NCBI RefSeq assembly: GCF_964194155.1
Contig: NC_135890.1
Span: 39,184,001 to 39,248,000, forward strand
Source of the DNA: Cetorhinus maximus
Lineage: Eukaryota
Reading direction: 5' to 3'
Length of the DNA stretch: 64,000 bases
A model generated the notes under the pieces. It was given only the letters and a program-made list of their open reading frames with translations. It was not told where the DNA came from and made no database searches. Positions 36,771-47,200 of this stretch are shown piece by piece. Numbering within the stretch: the stretch's first letter is position 1; every line of letters begins with the position of its first letter. The translations under genes and the position numbers were made by a program.

Positions 36771-37440
36771 TACTCCCTGAAACTGCTTAGAGTTAGTCCC
36801 ATTCACATTAACCCACTACTTTATTTACACTATTACATTTGCTTCATTGCTCATGCAAGTCAGATAGATGATGTACTGCTTTATCCCATGTATTGTGCAA
36901 TATATATTAGGCTCGCTATATTTATACTGTAGGAATGGTAAATGCTATTTTGGGATCTAACTGCATGCTTTACAGACATCTTTGTGGAAACTGTTAAAAC
37001 AATAATTATATGCCTGCTTAAATACATTGTTCATTTTATCAGCAAGTCCAAAGCCCAGGAGAGATTAAAGGATACAAGCAACTTGGTGCTACGAGATAGG
37101 TACTGCATGCAGCAGTACTGGCAAGTGGTGTAAGAATCAAGTAGTTAGGCAGTGGTATAAGGTGGCAGGAGCAGAGGGTAAGAGCACTGGAGAGGTGGTT
37201 GTTGGATATGGCAGGACATTAAGTTTTCTAAAATTTAATATCAGGGTCTGTTCAAAACAAGTTTAGCCATTGATCATAGGCCCAACAGAGACCAAAAAAT
37301 ACAAAAGTACTGTTTCTAAATAATACTGATTCTGTAAACAAATTATTTTTAAAAAGTCAATCACATTACACCATAGATGACTTTGATTGAAAGCCATCAT
37401 AACCAAACACATTCAAACCCAACACAAGAACAGACTAATC

Positions 37441-37562
37441 AAAAAGCTGTATACTGTGGATGCTGGAAATCTGAAATAAAATCAGAAAATGCTGGAACCA
37501 CTGAGCAGTCCACAGATGCTGCCACATCCTGCTGAGTGTTTCCAGCATTTTTTTGTTTTTAT
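37441..37562. mobile_element. Two PLE tail fragments fused in inverted orientation
   Basis: gatgctggaaatctgaaataaaatcagaaaatgctgga followed by cacagatgctgcc...tccagcattttttg. Confidence 0.65.
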
Positions 37563-38411
37563 AACAATAGGCTATTTGGATCATAAAGGGATAAGGATTA
37601 ACAATAATAGCAGTGATTGATTGAACCAGCACACTAAATTTACTTTAAAATAAAAATGTTCATATCCACTACCTTCTCAAAATTTCTTCAAAGCATCCAT
37701 CCACATATTTTATCTTAACATCCTATTGCCACTCTGGTCTTAGTTGCTTAAATATACTCTATTAGTAGTATCCTTCTCTCACTAGCTCCTTTGGCCCTTA
37801 ACCTTCCACGATACCTAACCCTAAACATACTGATTTTAAAGCAGCTTAGAAACCTGACAAAGCGCCTGTTGCTCTTACGTCATCTCAAGCCTATATCAGG
37901 ATACTCCTCTTGGGCACTGAAAATAAAGTACAAGGTAAAACCCTCGAAATAATATTGAAGACACTCAAACTCACTTTGTTTCAATAACTACTCCACAGTC
38001 ATCGCTACTCAAAATGTAGCCTTGCCCTGAACAATGGTACACACTAATCTGACATCTCTCTCCTCCTCCCCGCAGACCAAGCAGCACACAGCTTTGACAC
38101 TGTTTCTCTCCCCACAGAATTGTGCCGTATTTAAGGATGGCTCCTTCAGTGCGTTGTAATGTCTGAACCCCCAGCCTGTACCTAACTAAATGATGCAAAG
38201 CGTGGAACGGTGGGGAAACTACACATAGCCCCCCCTCAGTGACCTGGGCTAACGGTTGCTGAGCCCAATCCAGTGGCTGCAGCGGGTCGGGTCGGGGCTA
38301 TTCGGGGGATGCCGAAGGTGGGAGGGGTGTGGATAGGAGGGGAGCCCCTTCCATTCTCCCCGTCGTGTGGACTAACCCTGCCGTCTCTGCCCGAACAGAC
38401 GCAGTCCTCAC

Positions 38412-38490
38412 CAAGGGGGCTCAGCCTCTCTGTGATCTTCTCCCTCGCACTCAGACACACCATCCACTAACGGCTACTCTCTCCTTTCCC
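38412..38490 (-). other. GTSE1: Putative GTSE1 first (5' UTR) exon
   Basis: Donor TTG|GTGAGG at 38412/38411, directly downstream of the promoter motifs inside a CpG island. The 5' end is approximate. Confidence 0.55.
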
Positions 38491-38496
38491 CGAGAT

Positions 38497-38600
38497 TTTA
38501 AATTCACTCACGTGACAAGAGTGCTCGCCGCTCATTGGCGCATTTGAACCAGGCCGTTGCGACTCGGTCCTTGCGCGCAGCGCATTCTGGGGTTTGTAGT
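38497..38600 (-). promoter_or_regulatory. GTSE1 core promoter: ZNF143/THAP11-type motif, inverted CHR, CCAAT box, E-box and CHR variant
   Basis: On the - strand: ACTACAAACCCCAGAATGC (38600-38582), TTCAAA (38548-38543; TTTGAA on +), CCAAT (38538-38534), TCACGTGA (38515-38508), TTTAAA (38502-38497). CpG island at about 38200-38700. Confidence 0.7.
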
Positions 38601-38799
38601 TCACAGCCCGCCACATGCACAGGTGTAGCTCCGACATGGGACTGGAGCAGCAGACACTGGGGATATGTTGCGGGTTCGATGTGGCGTGAGACAGTCTGGA
38701 GCTGGAGCATACATGCCCTTGAAGCCCCAGAAATAGATTGGTGAATGGACCAGGGTGAGACATGCTGGACGTCTCAATGTCAAATGGCAAAAACAAAAA

Positions 38800-39527
38800 T
38801 CCTCTGCCTGTCCGCAAGCATGACCCAGACCTCCCTGTCGCTTGCCATTTCAACACACCACCCTGCTCTCATGCCCACATATCTGTCCTTGGCGTGCTGC
38901 ATTGTTCCACTGAAGCTCAACGCAAACTGGAGGAACAGCACCTCATCTTCCGACTAGGCACTTTACAGCCTTCCGGACTGAATATTGAGTTCAACAATTT
39001 TAGTTCATGAACTCTCTCCTCCATCCCCACCCCCTTTCCGACCCCCCCTTTTTTTCTTCCCCAATAATTTATATAGATTTTTCTTTTCCCACCTATTTCC
39101 ATTATTTTTAAATGTATTTCCATCCATTGTTTTATCTCTACCTTTTGGCCTATTTCGATCCCTTCCCCCCACCCCCATTAGGGCTATCTGTACCTTGTTT
39201 GTCCTGCTTTCTACCCTTAATGTCACTTATTAGCACATTCCTTAGATAATATCACCACCTTCAACACCTCTTTGTCCTTTTGTCTATGACATCTTTTGGC
39301 TATCTCCACCTATCACAGGCCCTCTATCCAGCTCTACCTGTTCCATCCCCCTTAAACCAGCTTACATTTCACCTCTTTTCTATTTTTACTTAGTTCTGTT
39401 GAAGTGTCATACGGACTCGAAACGTTAACTGTGTTCCTCTCCACAGATGCTGCCAGACCTGCTGAGTTTTTCCAGGTATTTTTATTTTTGTTTTGGATTT
39501 CCAGCATCCAGAGTTTTTTGCTTTTAT
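38800..39527 (+). mobile_element. 5'-truncated Penelope-like retroelement: GIY-YIG endonuclease C-terminus plus 3' region with hammerhead motif
   Basis: Peptide PVACHFNTPPCS...RKLEEQHLIFRLGTLQPSGLNIEF is typical of the PLE GIY-YIG end. Pyrimidine-rich tail and HHR motif at 39392-39430. Possible low-complexity TSD AAAAACAAAA (38789-38798 / 39528-39537). Confidence 0.85.
39392..39430 (+). ncRNA. Hammerhead motif with variant core (CUGUUGA)
   Basis: AGUU-CUGUUGA-AGUGUC-AUAC-GGACUC-GAAA-C-GUU-AACU. Confidence 0.55.
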
Positions 39528-39629
39528 AAAAACAAAACTTCTTCATCTGTTGAGAGAAATGGAGTGAACGTTTCGAGTCCTTAAGAAGTAGTACTTCTAG
39601 AAGTACTTCCAGTAGAAATACTACTCTTT

Positions 39630-39668
39630 AGCTCTGAAGAAGGGTCATACGGACTTGAAACATCAACT
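39630..39668 (+). ncRNA. Minimal type I hammerhead ribozyme motif (core intact, stem I and stem III mismatches)
   Basis: AGCU-CUGAAGA-AGGGUC-AUAC-GGACUU-GAAA-C-AUC-AACU, in the short PLE tail copy at about 39620-39762. Confidence 0.65.
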
Positions 39669-40097
39669 CTGTTTCTTTCTCCACACATGCTATCAGACCT
39701 GAGTTTTTCCAGCATTTTGTTTTTGTTTCAGATTTCCAGCATCTACAGTATTTTGCTTTTTATATTAAATAACACTTCATGTCGTTTTGACTGAAGTCAT
39801 ACCAAAGTAATCAAATTCATTCATTCATAAAGTAACATAGAACTTAGCACAAAAAGCAGCCATTCGGCCCAACTACTCCTTACTACATGACTTCATCTAA
39901 CCCTATCTAACATACTCTTATAAATACTAATTGAATCTGCTCAAGCCATAAGCAAAACAGTTATGTCACATTATATCGTCTGCTTCCAGATCGCCACATA
40001 CAACCCATTTCACTGTTAAATTCTTCTTTGATATATTGTATTTATATTCTTAACTCAAATTGGATGCCTTGCTTTTCAACTGTAGACTTCGAAATAC

Positions 40098-40216
40098 GGG
40101 GCGGAATTTTACGCTGGAGGGATTTTACAGTCCCACTGAAGTCAATGGACCTTTTAATGGCTTGCTGCATTGTATGGCCCCGCCCCCACTGCAACTGGGC
40201 TGTAAATTTATACCCA
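40098..40216. mobile_element. Short MITE-like element with imperfect TIRs
   Basis: gggcggaattttac ... gtaaatttataccc. Confidence 0.4.
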
Positions 40217-41551
40217 TGGTGTTCATTGTCAAGGACAAAATTAATTCTCACTTGGAGAAGGAGTAGTAAATAAGGGACAGCCGGCACAGATTCATTATAG
40301 GTAAATCATGTTTGACTAACCTGAGTTCTTTGATGAGTAACAGAGAAGATTATTGAAGGTAGTGCAGTCTATGTATATGTGGACTTTCAAAAATTATTTG
40401 AATAAAAGTACCTTCTCACAGGTTTATTTGAAAAATTGTGCACTTGGTATTAAAGGAATATTGGTAACTTGGGGCTTAGAAGCAGAGAAGTGCTGAACAG
40501 GATGGTTTACAGACTGAAGTGAAGAATGCAGCACATATCTACTGGCTGCCCCTCAGTGACATCATCCAAAGACAGGATGTCAGATGCCACTGACAATATT
40601 CAGATCTCCCATTCCACAGCCTCCCTTGAACCCTCCACTGTTCTGTTGTCAGCCTACTGACATCCAGTCCTGGATGAACTGCAATTCCCTCCAGTTAAAA
40701 ACTGGGAAGACCAAAATCGTCATTGCCGTCACCTCTGTTACAAACTCTGTTCCCTCACCACTGATTCCGTTCTCCTCTCTGGCCACTCTCTCAGGGTGGA
40801 CAGATTGTTCACAACCTTATGACTTTCCCCTCACTACCTGTGTAAACTCATTCTGTCCTACAATCCTCCAAGAATGTTGTGTTTCTAGAAATACATAAAA
40901 GTTCCAACATAGAAACAGGCTGATAGTCTCATTAAGTTGGTTTTCCTCCTCCACATAAGCAAATATGCCTGTACCCCCTTTTTCTTCATCAATACAACCT
41001 ATCTAATTGTGAATATTAATATTTTTTTTTGCCTCAACCACAAACCCTGGAGGTAGATTACAGTTTCACAACTCTAAGAAAGTTTATCTTCCCCTATTCA
41101 AAATGTTTACACTTAATCTTGTCTCTTATCCATTAGAAAACAGTCTGCTTCTATCTACCGTTTGATCATTTCCTAATTTTGAGCAGCATTATATTGCCCT
41201 GAAAACTGTGCTGTTTGAATGTCTTGGATATCATCCGATATATTTCTTCATACAAAGCAGCATCCTAGTGAGTCCACAATAGACCTTCTCTAACAATCTG
41301 CTAGATGTTCTTTTAATATTTTTCTCATTTTACTTTCATCTTTTCATGGGATGTGAGCACTGCTAGCAAGACCAGCATTTTTGTCCATCCCCAATTGGTC
41401 AAGATGGCAGTAAGCCACCTTCTTGAACTGCTGCAAATAGTATGGTGAATGTACTCCCACAGTACTGATAGGGAGTTCCAGGATTTTGACCCAGCAACAA
41501 TGAAGGAATGGCAATATATTTCTAAGTCAGGATGGTGTGAACCCTGAACAG

Positions 41552-41638
41552 GAATCATATTCAACTCGAAGCTTTAACTCTTTCACTCCACAGATGCTGC
41601 CAGACCTGCTGAGTATTTCCAGTGCACTCTGTTTTTTC
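41552..41638 (+). mobile_element. Degenerate PLE tail fragment nested in a LINE remnant
   Basis: actcgaagctttaactc...ccacagatgctgccagacctgctgag. Confidence 0.6.
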
Positions 41639-42419
41639 ATCTCTGTTGTTGGAGATGGTCATTGCCTGGCATGAATGTTATTTTCCATTCATCAGCCCAA
41701 GCCTGAATGGTCTTTGGCATGAGGGCATGGGCTTCTTCATCCTCTGAGGAGTTGCGAATGGAACTGTACGCTGCAATTGGAGAAAAACTATTTTTAACTT
41801 TAAGACAGTGGGAAGGAAAATGGTTACTTCTAGGGCACTACCCTGCGGAATTCCTGTAGCAATGTCCTGGAGTTTGAAAAATGGTCTTCAACTACCACAA
41901 TCATCTTCCTTTGGGCTAGATATGGCTCCAGTCAGGGGTCTTTTTCTCCCAATTCCCATCAACTTTAATTTTACAAGGGCTCCTTAATGACATACTCAGT
42001 CAAGCGTTTCCTTCATGTCAAGGCCAATCACTGTCACCTTACCTCTGAGCTTCAGACCCTTTGTCCATGTTTGGATAAAGATTGCAATGTGGTCTGGTGC
42101 CAAGTGATTCTAGCAGAATCCAAACTGAGCAGCAGTGAGTAGAATATTGGTTATCCTAAATATATGTAAGTAATAACTAGTTTGAATTTACAGTCTAGTG
42201 GTTCTTAAAGTACTTTCGGAAAATAAAAAAATTATATAGCACTCTCCAAAACCTCAGGATATCCAAATGCACGTCCAAGCCAAGCAAAGAACGTGTAATC
42301 AGTGCTGCAACAGACGAGGCAGCCAAATTGTGCAGTGAAATCTCACAATGATTTAACAACAATCTGTTTTTGCTGGTAGTAGTTATGGGATAGAGTGTCT
42401 GCATGTTTTGTGAAGGGTG

Positions 42420-43570
42420 GGTCATGTTTTCAGGTTACTAACATGGACTGGTTAAGGAAGCGTCGATGGATGTTGCCTACATGGACTTCTAAAAGGTATT
42501 TTATAAGATTCTGCACAAGATGAGCAAAATTGAAAGCACACAAAATTTGTGCTAAGTTTGTGACATGGGCTGGTAATTGGTTGAGAGGTAGAGACAGAGT
42601 AGGGTTAAATAGAACATTCTGATTTATGAGATGTAACAAGTAGTGTTCCCCAGTGATCTCTTCTGGGGCCTCAGTTTTTCCCTCACTGTATTATTTAAGA
42701 CTTGGATGAAGGAATACAGTTGTATATGGAAGTCTGACACTAAACTAGGAGAATAGTTAGATACTTGTTTGACCAGCAAAGACTCGATGGGCCAAAGGGC
42801 CTTTTTCTGTGCTGTAGACCTCTATGATTCTAGGAGGTGCAGTAAGATGTGTAGATTTGAGCAGGAAGTTACAAAAGAACAAAGATGGATCAGCTGCTTG
42901 AACTCCATCTATCACAGTTTTGCTCAGTCTGGGAGGAGTGCAAGGTCATCCACTTTTAATCAGAGAAAGAAAAAATAGAATAATTCTTAATGGCAGCATG
43001 GACACATTACTGAAAGCTAGTGCACAGGTATAAAAATTAATCAAATAGGCTAGTAGAATGTTGGACCCTTAAAGGGGGTTGGAATACAAAGGTGACAAAG
43101 TGATGCCTCAGTTACACAGAGCCTTGGTCAGACTCTATTGAGAGTACTGCGTTAGATTTTGGGCACTAAACCTTAGGAGAGATTTACTGGCCTTTGAGTC
43201 AGTACAGCACACATTCACCAAAATGATGCAGGGGCTCAAAAGTTTTTATTATCAGGCCAAGTTGCTTAGACTAGGCTCATATTTTCTCCAGTTTAGAAGT
43301 TTGAGAGGTTATCTCATCGAGGTTTTTAAAATGATAGTGGGGTTTTGATAGGGTAGAGAGAGAAGTTATTTCCTCGCGTGGGGAGAATCCAGAATAGGGA
43401 AGCATAATTTTAAAATTAGAGCTAGACCATTTAGGGGTAAAATCAGGAAGCACTTTTTCATACAAAGGGTGGTGGAAATTTAGAACTCATTCCCTCAAGA
43501 GACATTGAACGGTGGGTCAACTGAAATGTTCAAGACTGAGATCAATAAATTTTTGTTGAGAAAGGATACA
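42420..43570 (+). mobile_element. CR1 RT/3' fragment
   Basis: tacatggacttc, gtgttccccag and gacttggatgaagg motifs plus CR1 3' motifs. Confidence 0.7.
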
Positions 43571-43892
43571 ACAGCACTTAAATTTACAAAGTGCCTTTAA
43601 CACAATTAAACATCCCAAGGTGCTTCACAGTAGCATTAAACAAAATTTCACACTGAGCCACATAAAGGAATGTTAAGGGAGATGAAAGGGGTAGATTTTA
43701 AGGAGTGTCTCAATCAGAAAAAAGGTAAAGAAGTTTAGGAAAAGGATTCCAGATCTTGGGGCATAAGCCTACAATCTTGACTCAGATGAAAGTGCTACCA
43801 CTGAACTAATACAGACAGCCGAGCCACAAGTTGAGCCTCACAACGCAGACACAAGTAGCCTATCAGAACTATTACTTACTCATGCCCTTAAA

Positions 43893-43935
43893 TTTATTAG
43901 ACCACAAGGAAAACATTTAAATATTTGAATTTATT
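43893..43935 (-). terminator. Candidate NDUFA9 polyadenylation signals
   Basis: AATAAA on - at 43930-43935 and 43893-43898, 110-150 nt past the stop. Confidence 0.55.
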
Positions 43936-44044
43936 TCTTTAAAACTGGACAACCCAACTTTTTATGTACATTACTGTCAAAGTAGGTGGGATGTGGTAAT
44001 CACTTCCTTCAGGAACCCACAAAGAGTATCTCATTCAGCACACA

Positions 44045-44215
44045 TTAGTAAGTCACAGGTGTTGCTGGCTTTGCATCCTCCAGGTCAGTGTCCAACCAGC
44101 GGTACCTGCGATGACGTCGCAAAACTTCAATTGCTTTGTGTTCAACAGGTGTTGGGGTTATTCCCAAGTCCTCCAGACCAGGAAGGTCAGGGTACTTCAT
44201 GTCTGTGATGTGCAA
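44045..44215 (-). CDS. NDUFA9: NDUFA9 terminal exon
   Basis: [41 protein letters not shown]...TY*. Confidence 0.95.
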   Translation of the reverse strand: MHITDMKYPDLPGLEDLGITPTPVEHKAIEVLRRHRRYRWLDTDLEDAKPATPVTY

Positions 44216-47200
44216 CTAAAATAAATTCATAAACAATGTATATATGACATTTTACAAACTACAATTATTTCAGTGCCTCACTAAATTTTTATCTTCACAA
44301 GTTCTGTGTAAATCTTACCCCAATAAAATTTTCCTTTTCAAGAGTAACATTCAAACTTGACTAAAATTTTTAATTTGAATAGGTAAACTTTCAATAAATT
44401 CCTATAGAGCCTAAAAATTTAAAGAACCGTGGCTCAGTAAGCACTCATCTTAGTCAGGTCATGGGTTCAAGTCCTACCCCAGGACTTGGAACATAATCAC
44501 AGCTGACACTTCAGTGCAGTACAGAGTGAGTGCTGCACTTTTGGCAGTGCTATCTTTCAGACAAGACGTTAAACCATGGTTCCATCAGCCCTCTTAGGTG
44601 GACATAAAAGATCCCATGGGACAATTTGAAGACAAGTAGGGGAGTTTCCTTCATGTGCTAGCCAATACTTACTCCTCAACCACTAATATAGTTTAAGCTG
44701 GTCACTTGTCTTATCATGGTTTGTGGAACCTTGCTGTATGAAAATTGGCTACCACTTCTTCTACATTACAATAATGAATACACTTTAAAAAGTACTTAAT
44801 TGTCCAAGATGATCTTGAGGCTGTGAAAGAAGCTACATAGACGCAAGTTTCTCCTTCTTTCTGAAAATAGTGCACACAAGATTATAGGATGGCAGTGTTA
44901 AGCATCCGTTCATGAGCTTTGTCAGTCAGAGTTCTACCTTCAAATGCACTAAAGGGGTCTCTTTAACTGAACATATGTTTTACTGTTAAGGCCAATTGTT
45001 CTTATGTTTTAGATTTAACTAGTCTTGGTGCTTTCTGCTATTAATCCACACTGCTTATCCTTAAGCTACAGTAGGGAATCCAGGGAAAACTGAGGAGTTG
45101 GGATTTGTGGAGTCTTAAATTCGGGAATTTGAAATTGGGTGTGCAGTGGCTCTGAAGTTCAGGGAGGTGCATGACTTAGGGGGAAAAGAAAGGGAAATTG
45201 GAGAATGGGGCCTCCAGGAGAGATAAAACTGGGAAATGGGGCAAACTGCTGAATGGAGGTTTGGAGTAACAATGAACTCTTGGGAATGGGGGCTCAGAGG
45301 AAAGATGAAATGATGAAGATGGGGGATAATGAAATTTGGAGATGGTTGGGGCTTAAAATGGGTTTTCCCTCTTCCTCACCCACTGTTTCCCCTCTTTGCC
45401 TACATATGGTTGACCTCCTGATTCTTGGATTTCTTGTACAACAGCTGCTGGCAGGAAACCATAGGCAAAGATCTTCAACTACATGGAACCCAATTGGTAC
45501 AAGATAAATGCAAAGAAAATTGCAGAAATCATGTGATGTGATGCCACATAATCAGAATATCACACGATCAAACCTCCAGGAATGCTTCCAATTAGAGTTG
45601 GCAACCTGAGGCCCTGAGCTAGGGATGCACTTGAGTAATTTAAATGATGTAGTGCAGTTTAAGTGATGTAGCCATGTAAAGCTACAAATCAACAAAGGGT
45701 GAAGTCAGGTCATTACAGATGGAGTGACATTTAAAATGCCTACAGACTAGGTGAAGAGGCTGCAGGAAAATTTGCCTCATCATCTGAAAAGTAAACTTGG
45801 TAATCTACCATGAGCAGCACCATAGAAAATTTACTATTTTAAAAACTTTAAACATACAAGCACTTCTTAATCCAGGAGTCACACTTCTTCCTCAACACAT
45901 TGGCTGTCACACTTATGATATGCAAAGTCTGTCATACCTGTACATGATGAGCTCAAATTTTGCATTCATAAATTAGTGATGAATTATAGCAGCAATTTGG
46001 CATGATTTACAAATAGAAAAGAGAAAAATGGGTAGTAAAATTTCTGCTGAGAAATTAAATAAGGGCCTTATATCAAAGCAGCCAATGCGCAATAATAATT
46101 TCAGGAGAACTGAATCAAATGAATGTCACTGAACTATCATGTTGTTCAAATACATTTATAGGTCCATTCCCCCACCTCACTGCCTTTTGCCAGCCATCCA
46201 CACCAAGGCAAAAAATAATTCTAAAAGAGCGAACATGCATAAATAGAAAAAAAAGTAAAACAAAATTCAAATTATTAATCGTGAAACTGATGATGTCAGC
46301 CCTGCCTCAGGCAGTAGCACTCTCGAACCCACAACGTTCTGATTCAGAGGCAAGTCTCACTCCAGGACCTGAGCACAAAAATCAAGACTGACACTCTGAC
46401 AGTGTACTCCCTCAGTATTGCACTGGATGTGCCAGCTTTTGGATCTTAAACTAAGGCTTCATTTGCCTTCTTTGTTGAACGTAAAAGATTCCATGGTATT
46501 ATTCTGAAGAAGAGTGGGGGAGTTATCACAAATCACCTGGTCAATACTTATCCCTCAATCAGCATCATAAAAAGATTATTTGGTCATTATCACATTGTGT
46601 GTAAATTGGCTGCTGTGTTTCCTACAATACAATAGTGATTACACTTCAAAAGTACTTAATTGACTACAAAATGCATGGGGACATTGTCATTGTCTGTCAG
46701 AGTGTCATTCGGTGGTTATGAAAGGTGCTATATAAACACAAGCCTTTCTTTTTATAAAATTATATAAATCCTGCTGGAAATGCTTCTATTACATTTACCT
46801 GAACTCCCCACCTATCTGCCCAAGGACCAAATCTGATGGTAGTTCCCATCCCAGCCCCGCACCCCATAAAATGAGCCCAAGCCAGCCCTGACTAACCTGA
46901 TCCCAGTGTCTGGCATGCTACCCCCAATAAGCTCCAACGTTTTGCCGGGCCCAATGCTCCATGGTGCATAACGTCCTCTTCAATATGTGCACATCTTACT
47001 TACACCCTTCCAAATGAATAGCAGGAAATTATATGGCAGCCATTTCCAATGTTAGTTCACTGATGAGGAAAAAGCACCAAAAAGTGACATTTGTTTTTGA
47101 TGGTGTTGACTGACAGAGGAATGTTAGCTAGACACAGGAGAAATTCCTGCTGCTCTTCGAAAAGCGTCATAGAACTATCTAGATTGCATATTCAAGGCCT

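Noticed and set aside
37673-37916. Exon-like segment in GTSE1 intron 1 (tttcag acceptor, AAG|GTAGT donor)
   Set aside because: It contains stops and has no homology. It could be an optional UTR exon, but this cannot be supported without transcripts.
45946-46050. C/D box snoRNA-like ATGATGA...CTGA
   Set aside because: It is antisense to the host NDUFA9 intron and has no terminal stem or recognisable guide.
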